Both the position numbers and the translations under genes were made by a program. Shown here piece by piece: positions 55,301-64,000 of a stretch of 64,000 bases of DNA. The stretch spans positions 50,271 to 114,270 of the forward strand of contig DCKG01000017.1 of NCBI GenBank assembly GCA_002320605.1, in the 5' to 3' direction. The notes below the pieces were generated by a model that made no database searches, had not been told where the DNA came from, and was given only the letters and a program-made list of their open reading frames with translations. The stretch comes from Bacteroidales bacterium UBA1680. GTDB taxonomy: Bacteria; Bacteroidota; Bacteroidia; Bacteroidales; UBA932. The first letter of the stretch is position 1. Each line of letters starts with the position of its first letter.

Positions 55301-57900
55301 CTCTTCGGGAATTTCATTCCGACGTATGATGAATACGGAGAATAGCTCATCGTCGTGCTATTGAAACTAGTATTTCCGCCTGGCTCTGCCACCGTCGTCA
55401 AGATATTCGCGGAAAGCATTCCTGGGGCATCCTGGGCTGCGGGCATTTCAACCAAGGCGCTCAGGTGCCCGTCGCTATCGAGATTGCTGCTGATTATTTC
55501 ATGCTCGCTCTTTTTGAAGCTAGAAGCAGGATTTGTGAATATGTATTCTTTGAAGCCCTCGAAGCTGGTGCCAGTGCTGCGCAAGGTCATAGTGACTTTT
55601 GCGTCGAGTCCAGCCGCCGCAGGCCCTGTGAGCCAGTTGGCATCTAAGCTGATCGGCACCTTCTGACCACCGTCTATAGTCTTTCCGTCCCCGATTTTCA
55701 TGGCAATCTTCAGGCGGTTAGGCTTTATGCTTTCTATTCTCAAAGACTTATGGAAAGTCGCTCCGCCGACCTTGAAATACGCATTCCACAAGCCCGTAGG
55801 GTCTTCGTTTTTAGTCGGAATGTTGAATACGTAGAATCCGTTCATCCCATCCCCGTTCACGATTTTGTTGTAGAACTGCCCCTGAGGGTTGTAAAGTTCC
55901 ATAACGACCGGATGGCTGTCAGGGATGTTCTTGTCTTTGTCTTGCAGTATCATCGATACGTGAAGCGTGTCGCCAGGCCTCCATACGCCCCTTTCTCCAT
56001 AAATAAAGGCTTTCAGGCCTTTCTCCAGTGTTTTCCCACCAACATCGAACCTGCTAGTGGAGCATTCTGTGCCTTCGGTCACCTTCAGGTAGCTGGTGGC
56101 TCCGCTTCGCTTCGCTACGACTACGAACGGCTTGGCAGAAAGCTTTATCTCTGCCATTCCGTCAGTGCCGCTTTTCGCATTCCCTATCTCTTTCAGCTGG
56201 TAGCTGTAGACATAAAGCTCGGAATTGAACACAGGCTTCGCCGTTAAAATGTCACTTACGCTCACCCAGATGCGGTCTCCGCCAGAGTATTTGGCGATTA
56301 TGCCAAGATTCGAGGATAAAAGGTTTATGGCAGGGAAGCGGCTTTCTTCCATATAGTATGATGGTTTCTCCGGATTGTCCTGATCCTTCCAGTTATATTT
56401 GCTCCAATCGAAGAAGTCCTCGTAATAATAAGGATTAGGCTCATCCCACTCTTCGTCATCTTCTTCTGATATGCTCACCGTAGATATGTCCACGACGTCA
56501 TTCTGAGGCATGCCGCTCTTAAAGTCATCGCTACTCCCGTATAATGAATATTCCTGCTTGAAAGACAGCCTGATTCTGTAAATTGCCCCAGCCTCTTGCT
56601 TGAACAGCCTGGAGAGGTCGACGCTGAAGTCCTGCCACTTATGCAGGTTTTTCGACGGATCGGAATCCAGTCTCAGGCACCTCTTGTAGATCAGTCTTCC
56701 ATAACGCCTTAACGAATTCGAACCGTCAAGTTCGTTATCTTGCAAGAAATTCAGCACATTGTCTTCGTAAATCTGAATCACGCTTATGTCCACGGCATTC
56801 AGGTTAACGGCCTTGAATGGCAGTAGCAGTTCTTTGGAATTCGGCAGGACTGATCCCTTTATGGAAAGCTCCAAGGCTGGTTTTTCTTGGGTAGGCGCAA
56901 AATCTTTTGAATAGGCCTTATTCAGTAGCGCTCCGGCACTTGACTTAACGTTCTGATTGATGTTCAATATCACGCTTGCATCCTCCGCCCCTTCGAAAAA
57001 TACCCTGGCGTGGTTATTCTCTATCTGCATCATGTACCCTTCAGTGTTGTCCAGGGTGATCAGCCCTGTGTAATCTGATGATTCGGCCAATGCTTCCGAG
57101 AAGAACACGTCTATGTAATGTTTCGAAACGTCAACTCGTTCAGCATTAATGATTTTGAATACTCCAGACGCTGGCACGCTTATCTCGAATTTCGAGTCAG
57201 TGACGAATCCGGTGTCCGCCGGCTTCATATTCAGTTTCAGCGTCCTGTCATCTTTCCCTCTCTTCAAGCCAAGGATCTCGAAATGGAAATGCGTCAGGTC
57301 ATTAGCCATGGTTACGTTCAGCTCCGCAGAATTGTCTGGATAGCTGAATTCTATCATTTCCTTCACTTTCTCCAGAGGAAGTTCTTCGGTAAGGGATATG
57401 CTGCCTTCTACGCTCGCCGCTTCTGGGGAAGCGGCTGTTATAGTCATATTATCCAGGCTCATCACAGCCTCTTTTATGGCGACCATGAAAGAGAATGTGA
57501 ATTTTTTGTATTTCCTATTGCTCAGCTTGCGGATTTTGTCCAGCCTGAGACTCGCCTTGTAGGCTTGGCCGGATTTCAGCGCGCCGTTCTCTGGTATGAA
57601 TTCTATTACCTTAGGCGTGAGCCATCTGGCGGTGCCTTTTATATTCGGAGAGAATGTCAGGACCCCATTCTTGACGTCAGAGCCGGCAGTCACGTCTGGT
57701 GCGTCAGAAGTTAGTTCGACCTTGATGGTAGTCTTGTCGGAAATCATTCCGCTAGTATATGCCTTGATGAAAGTTGCAAACTCGGTGCTTTGCCCTTTCG
57801 ATCTCCCGAACTTACTGCAACCTGAAGTTGCTGCCATTGAGAGAACAATGGCTATGACAAGGGTTGCCCTGGTTAGGGTTTTCATAAAAGTGTTCTTCAT
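52348..57900 (-). CDS. Bacterial alpha-2-macroglobulin lipoprotein
   Basis: Lipobox TSGC; ERGVWRPGDT (MG2 domain); thioester motif CTEQ; C-terminal DIRDDRV..EAMY. A promoter box TAAATTTG at 57915-57922 supports the ATG at 57900 as the start. Confidence 0.95.
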   Translation of the reverse strand: MKNTFMKTLTRATLVIAIVLSMAATSGCSKFGRSKGQSTEFATFIKAYTSGMISDKTTIKVELTSDAPDVTAGSDVKNGVLTFSPNIKGTARWLTPKVIEFIPENGALKSGQAYKASLRLDKIRKLSNRKYKKFTFSFMVAIKEAVMSLDNMTITAASPEAASVEGSISLTEELPLEKVKEMIEFSYPDNSAELNVTMANDLTHFHFEILGLKRGKDDRTLKLNMKPADTGFVTDSKFEISVPASGVFKIINAERVDVSKHYIDVFFSEALAESSDYTGLITLDNTEGYMMQIENNHARVFFEGAEDASVILNINQNVKSSAGALLNKAYSKDFAPTQEKPALELSIKGSVLPNSKELLLPFKAVNLNAVDISVIQIYEDNVLNFLQDNELDGSNSLRRYGRLIYKRCLRLDSDPSKNLHKWQDFSVDLSRLFKQEAGAIYRIRLSFKQEYSLYGSSDDFKSGMPQNDVVDISTVSISEEDDEEWDEPNPYYYEDFFDWSKYNWKDQDNPEKPSYYMEESRFPAINLLSSNLGIIAKYSGGDRIWVSVSDILTAKPVFNSELYVYSYQLKEIGNAKSGTDGMAEIKLSAKPFVVVAKRSGATSYLKVTEGTECSTSRFDVGGKTLEKGLKAFIYGERGVWRPGDTLHVSMILQDKDKNIPDSHPVVMELYNPQGQFYNKIVNGDGMNGFYVFNIPTKNEDPTGLWNAYFKVGGATFHKSLRIESIKPNRLKIAMKIGDGKTIDGGQKVPISLDANWLTGPAAAGLDAKVTMTLRSTGTSFEGFKEYIFTNPASSFKKSEHEIISSNLDSDGHLSALVEMPAAQDAPGMLSANILTTVAEPGGNTSFNSTTMSYSPYSSYVGMKFPKSKAHYLETDKDYSIGVAVVDRNGKRISGENIEYSVYKMKWSWWWESRSEEFDSYANGTNAKPLSSGTLTSSANGDAIIPFKIDYPEWGRYLVIAKDVVSGHVTGGYLYVDWPESLGRSTKTDPTALSMLTFSTDKDNYDVGETALIYIPAASAGQTLVSIENSTTVLSREWVKNSSGGVTYKLKVRPEMAPNCYIHLTMVQPHERDDNDLPIRLYGIKPIFVNNPASHLEPVINMPDVLRPEEEFTMKVSEKNHKAMTYTIAIVDEGLLDLTAFKTPDPWNSMYEKEVLGVKTWDLYDDVIGAFSGRFSPMFSIGGDESMPVGSRKDNRFNPVVKFLGPFSLQSGTATHKIWLPMYVGSVRTMVIAGKDGAYGKAEKTTPVKSPLMVVPTLPRTLSTNEVVVLPVNVFALENGVKDVTVSVKAEGPVKVAGNSQSNIQFKSTGDQLVRFSLLTTGIGQAEITVYANGNGHKASETISIHVGNPNPATISSTTIALNGGASNTLSFAPFKPSEDEWAVLELSSMPTIDYKGIYSFFKHYEYDCTEQLASKGISLLGIREHLDEHSRLDADETIKNVILKLYSRQLADGGFAYWPGYAKSNDWVSSMAGIFLIEALQNGFPVSRGVLASWARYQKKAVQNYRTEDTNSYSDLSQAYRLYALALIGQPESGTMNRLKEKETLSNTAAWMLSAAYSLSGKKNIAQEIISNIKNETDAWSRNDWTYGSMLRNKAISVEALTLADEIQEAYEMAQEVSKGLSSYYSTQEAAFATHAMAKLAKKAISGTLSAELTQGNGSPETISGTSGYYEKELDAQSGSVKLKNLSEGEIFATLVTSAYPSAGEKIPAKSNGLSISVRYVSEDGKTLEPSEIVQGTEFLSIVSVTNTSGNTDCYNVALSEKIPSGWEIFNDRLLGTTSDESAPWTYRDIRDDRVNWFFDLGKGATKTFRIKLQAAYEGEFNLPAIKCEAMYDRDFSANTASGTAKVIRK

Positions 57901-57966
57901 ATTATGATATTTTTCAAATTTAGGCAATTGCTTTGGAATTACAAGGTGTCATTTTTGAGTCTTTGG

Positions 57967-58006
57967 TGACAAATTGTCATATTTGACCTAATGGCATAGC
58001 CTTTGA
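57967..58006 (+). promoter_or_regulatory. groESL upstream motifs: TGACA-N3-TGTCA palindrome and a sigma54-like -24/-12 element
   Basis: TGACAAATTGTCA at 57967-57979 and TGGCATAGCCTTTGA at 57992-58006 (GG-N10-GA). Confidence 0.45.
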
Positions 58007-58072
58007 TTTTTGGTCTGAGGACTTAGAGTAATCTAGGGCTAGACGTAAAATTAATTTTTAAATTCTAATATC

Positions 58073-58339
58073 ATGATTAAACCATTAGCAGACAGAGTTC
58101 TGATTCAGCCTAAGGAGGCTGAGACCAAGACAGCTGCAGGAATTTATATTCCTGACACAGCGAAAGAGAAACCTCAAGAAGGAGAAGTTTTGGCAGTGGG
58201 CCCTGGAAAAAAGGACGAGCCTATGGAAGTCAAGAAGGGTGACACTGTTCTTTATGGCAAATATGCGGGTACAGAGGTTACTGTCGATGACAAGAAATAT
58301 CTAATAGTTAGGCAGTCAGACATTCTGGCTATTCTTTAA
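58073..58339 (+). CDS. groES: Co-chaperonin GroES
   Basis: Motifs [22 protein letters not shown] and KYAGTEV. Confidence 0.98.
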   Translation: MIKPLADRVLIQPKEAETKTAAGIYIPDTAKEKPQEGEVLAVGPGKKDEPMEVKKGDTVLYGKYAGTEVTVDDKKYLIVRQSDILAIL

Positions 58340-58356
58340 TGAATATGGAGGATTGA

Positions 58357-59982
<1,626 letters not shown>

Positions 59983-60008
59983 GCAGACATATTGCTGAAT
60001 AAGAGTTA

Positions 60009-60037
60009 GGACGGCCCACGTGACCGTCCTTTTTTTT
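60009..60037 (+). terminator. Rho-independent terminator of groESL
   Basis: AGGACGG-CCCACGTGA-CCGTCCT followed by a run of T. Confidence 0.85.
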
Positions 60038-60137
60038 GTTCGCCCGGCATTAAGGGTGTGCGAGCCCCCAAACCGCCCTGATAGTGGGAAGGTTACTTCG
60101 TTCCAAGGTAATGACATATATTTTTTAACGTAGGGTT

Positions 60138-60178
60138 TTTGAACTGAACATTTATCACTATATTTGTAAAACGTTTTA
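60138..60178 (+). promoter_or_regulatory. Promoter of the third SusC with a palindromic operator
   Basis: TTTG at 60138-60141, TATATTTG at 60159-60166, and the perfect palindrome TAAAACGTTTTA at 60167-60178. Confidence 0.65.
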
Positions 60179-60200
60179 ACTAATTCGTCTTAATATTATC

Positions 60201-63200
60201 ATGAATTATTTTAACACATTGCTAATCAGGCCTTACGGAAAGTTTGTCATGCGGTTTTGCGCATCGATAATATTCTTGTCTCTTGATTTATTTTTATTTG
60301 TTCATGCTAGCGAAGAGTCTCCTGCGGCAAATGCCGAGACTCATCATGCCTCTGCTGTGGCCGAATTATCTGCTCAACAGAGATCTGTCATTAAAGGAAA
60401 AGTCGTTGACAAATCTGGGCTGCCGGTAATAGGCGCAAGCGTTTTCCAAAGCGGCGCTAGAAATGGGACAATTACCGATTCTGATGGAAATTTCAGCATT
60501 GGCGTTCCATCTGGAGCCATATTAAAAATATCCTGCATAGGATATAAAGATTTGGAGATTGAAGCTACGAATCCAATGTCGGTCATCCTAGAGGATGATT
60601 GAGAACTTCTGAATGAAGTGGTTGTCGTTGGATATGGTTCACAGAAAAGAGCCGACATAACTGGCTCGGTAGCCACCGTCGATGTTGGCAAGACTTTAGA
60701 CAGCCGTCCGATTCCTGACGTGGGAAGGGGCTTGCAGGGGGCTGTCGCCGGAATGAATGTCAGAGTTCCTACAGGAGAAGTCGGTTCGGATCCTATCATA
60801 AGAATACGTGGGCAGATTGGGTCGGTGAATGGAGGAAGCTCCCCTCTCATTCTGCTCGACAATGTGGAAATCCCAAGCCTTCAGATGGTTAATCCTGCCG
60901 ACATCGAATCCATCACTGTGCTCAAGGATGCCGCTTCGGTAGCGATTTATGGCTCAAAAGCTGCTTTCGGCGTAATTCTCGTCACGACGAAGGATGGAAC
61001 AAAAGGGCCTAAGATTCGGGTTACTTACACTGATAACTTCTCGTGGCAGAATGTTGCTAAAAGCATCGATATCGGAGGCATAGATGCACTGCAGTATACT
61101 TACGATGCTCAAGTGAACCGAAAGGCGGCAATGCCAGCCGGAGGTTTCTGGAGGATTAGTGCAGAGAGCCTTCGGAAGGCTAGGGAATGGCAGGATAAGT
61201 GGGGCGATGTAGTTAAATGGAACGACCCTGTTCTATATGGCAGAGATTGGTATTTTGATGGAACCGAAAAGTACGGCTATCGCATTTATGATGGGGTTAA
61301 GTCTATGATTCGGAACTGGGCGCCTTCTCAGCAACATAATTTGTCTGTAACGGGCAAAAATCATGATACGTCTTACAGCATAGGCCTTGGCATGGTTGAT
61401 CAGAATGGCATGACAAGGACAGCGAAGGTGGATGATTTTAAGCGCTACAATGCTTCATTCAGTTTCACTACTGAAGTAAATAAATATTTGACGCTTAGGG
61501 CAGGTGCGATGTATTCAGATAGGAATAAGCGCTATCCAGGCATAGGCAACTATGCCGCAGACCCTTGGCTCTACCTTTATCGCTGGAGTCCTCTCTTCCC
61601 GATCGGCGTGATGGAACGGGATCATTACATCCGGGAATCTGCATACGAGATGATGGCTGCAAACACTGATAATCTGCGAAACAGATATTTCCATATCAAT
61701 CTCGGAGCTACCATTAATTTCACGGAAGAATGGGATTTGAAATTCGACTACACTTACGACCGGCAGATGACGGAACGGAGGGGGTCGAATGTGCAGTATG
61801 AGGCGGCTTTGACGTGGTATTCACCAGTTGAGTGGCTCGTAGATGGCCAACGTGTATACGTCGACGACACGGGCCACGCCGTAGATGCTGGTGCCGATGG
61901 AGCCATGCCTGCCTATACCTTCCCTCTTACGAAATACTTCAATTCCAGTGGAGAGCAGGCTACATACGTTAGAGATTATATGTATGTTGCAAATAATAAC
62001 ACTGTCAATGCCTATTCTACATATCATTTAACCCTAGGCAGTGCCGCACAGCATGATTTTAAGTTCATGCTGGGAACGAACATCATAGCAGGAAAGAACA
62101 ATTCGCTCACTGGAAAGAAAAATGATTTGCTGGTTCCGACGAATCCTCAATTCAGCCTGGCAACGGGTAATCAGTTCATTGAAGGCTCTAGGGATTGGTC
62201 TAGCCGCATAGGATTTTTCGGACGCGTAAACTATTCTTTCGCCAATAAGTATTTCCTTGAGGCAAACCTCCGTCGCGATGGCTCTCATAAATTCCCGAAA
62301 GATCTCAGGTGGAAATGGTTTCCTGCTTTTTCAGGAGGATGGATCCTCTCGAATGAGTCTTTCATGGAGTCGGTAGAAGAACATTTGAGCTTCGCCAAAT
62401 TCAGAGCCTCGTGGGGACAGCTTGGAGACCAGTCAGTGTCTAGCAACCTCTATCGCTCTATATTGACATACGGTCAGACGAGTTGGCTGGACGATTCTGG
62501 GAAGATGACATATTTCAGCACCCCGAGCTTGGTTGATGCGGACATAACCTGGCAGATGATTCAGACTCTGGATCTGGGATTCGATCTAAGGTTCTTCAAG
62601 AATATGATGGGCGTCACATTCGACTGGTATAGAAGAGACACTAAGGACATGATAATTCCTGGGGAGTCTTTGCCATCTACGTTGGGTGCTAGTGCTCCAA
62701 GCGGCAACTACGGTAACCTGAGGACTAACGGGTGGGAAATCACTTACGATTTCGATTACCGGTTCGCCAATGGACTTGGCATCAATTTCACCGCGAGCCT
62801 TTCTGACGCGACAACTAAAATCACTAAGGGTGCGGACTGGGCAACTCCTTGGGAGGACAGACTTATCAGCGAAGCCTATTCAACGGGAAGAAGATGGGGG
62901 GACATCTACGGTTATGTCACTGACAGACTATACCAGAGGGGAGATTTCGTTTATGACTCTTCCGGAAACATTGTCAGGGAAAACGTGATTTTCAGAGGCA
63001 CCCTTCGCAGCACGAACAAACAGACTGCGCAATACCCTGTCTATCAGGTTATTTTCGAGGATGGAAACAATGCCGTCTGCTCCCCTGGTGATGTTAAATT
63101 CAAGGATTTGAATGGAGACGGCTTTATCGATGGCGGTACCGGAACGAATGGGGATCATGGCGACCTTACGGTTATAGGAAACAGCACTCCTCGTTACGAG

Positions 63201-63749
63201 TACAGTTTCAGAATCGGGGCAGACTGGAAGGGATTCGACTTTTCTATGTTCTTCCAAGGCATAGGGAAACGCAAGATCTGGGGAGCTGGCCAGCTCGCCA
63301 TTCCTGGATATTCAGCTAAGGAAGGCGCTCTGCCTCAAACTTTCACTAAAGATTATTGGTACGAGCATTACGACGCAGAAGGAAATCTGACCGATGCAAA
63401 CTATGATGCTTTCTATCCTAGGGCATGGGATCTCGGAGGTGCCAACACGGGCTTCACTATGCAGGTTCAGAGCAAATATCTTCTGAATATGGCTTACCTT
63501 CGCCTGAAGAACGTAACGATAGGTTATTCGCTTCCGCAGAGGCTTCTTAGAAAAGTCTTCCTCAATCAGGCCAGAGTTTACGTGTCTTTGGAGAACTTCT
63601 GGACATGGGATCATCTAAAGGGCCTTCCTATTGATCCTGAGGCGATTTCTGGATATTCAATGTTCAGCTCAAGCTACAACTTAGGCCGGACAGGTACAGG
63701 AACGCCTGTGTTTAAATCGGCCTCAGTGGGACTTCAGTTAACTTTCTAA
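60201..63749 (+). pseudogene. SusC/RagA TonB-dependent transporter interrupted by one in-frame TGA (60600-60602)
   Basis: ORFs 60201-60602 and 60618-63749 share a frame: ...ILEDD*ELLNEVVVVGYG... The plug motif (NPADIESITVLKDAASVAIYG) and C-terminal VGLQLTF are intact. Confidence 0.85.
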
Positions 63750-63756
63750 CAATCGA

Positions 63757-64000
63757 ATGAATATGAAAATAAGAATATCAATATTACTGGTCGTCGCAGC
63801 ATTATCATTGGTTTCTTGCAATGAAGTGCTGGATCGGCCTTCGCCTACCGTGACGGAAGATGAAACTTATTGGACGAGCGCAGAGAAACTGGAAGTCTAT
63901 GCGAATGGCTTCTATGACAGATATTTCATAGGTTATGGCACAGGCTGGAGCACATCTGGAGCACCTCTGCTGTCATTCACTTTCAGTGACGATGTCGTGG
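63757..64000 (+). CDS. SusD family lipoprotein (3' end beyond the window)
   Basis: Translates as MNMKIRISILLVVAALSLVSC-NEVLDRP...YW...YANGFY..YF, with a lipobox; directly follows SusC. Confidence 0.85.
   Translation, partial: MNMKIRISILLVVAALSLVSCNEVLDRPSPTVTEDETYWTSAEKLEVYANGFYDRYFIGYGTGWSTSGAPLLSFTFSDDVV

Noticed and set aside
60600-60655. Selenocysteine or genetic-code reassignment of TGA in the SusC
   Set aside because: TGA is used as a normal stop elsewhere in the window (e.g. 4038-4040) and TGG encodes Trp throughout. The position is a non-catalytic linker and the downstream pairing is too weak to call a SECIS.

Overview
A 64 kb chromosomal segment from a Bacteroidales-type bacterium, inferred from SusC/SusD pairs, recurrent TAnnTTTG (-7) promoter boxes and AT-rich leaders without Shine-Dalgarno sites. 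Layout: (1) the tail of a PUL (SusD, GH43, metallophosphoesterase, MBL-fold hydrolase; 1-5.1 kb); (2) a repeat-rich junction with a probable IS1634 scar; (3) a minus-strand PUL (AraC, GH92+PA14, SusC, SusD, GH78, GH92; 5.5-19.2 kb); (4) an accessory patch with GTCATCC/GGATGAC palindromic repeats, a small orphan ORF, YgjP and two AAA_14/DUF4143 ATPases, interleaved with core genes (purB, folP, tmk, ftsY, pheT, deoC); (5) tRNA-Leu(CAG) and an orphan HExxH lipoprotein; (6) a his operon with a His-rich leader/attenuator and an unusual HisC-HisB(IGPD) fusion; (7) M48 peptidase, galM, pbpC/alpha-2-macroglobulin and groESL; (8) a third SusC interrupted by one in-frame TGA, followed by the start of its SusD. 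Top leads are a shared TCCCT-N5-AGGGA operator pair (32 bp apart) at both AAA_14 ATPase promoters, the HisC-IGPD fusion, an ~875 bp element bracketed by doubled GTCATCC ends, and the split SusC. All family assignments come from motif recognition by eye; no database search was run.
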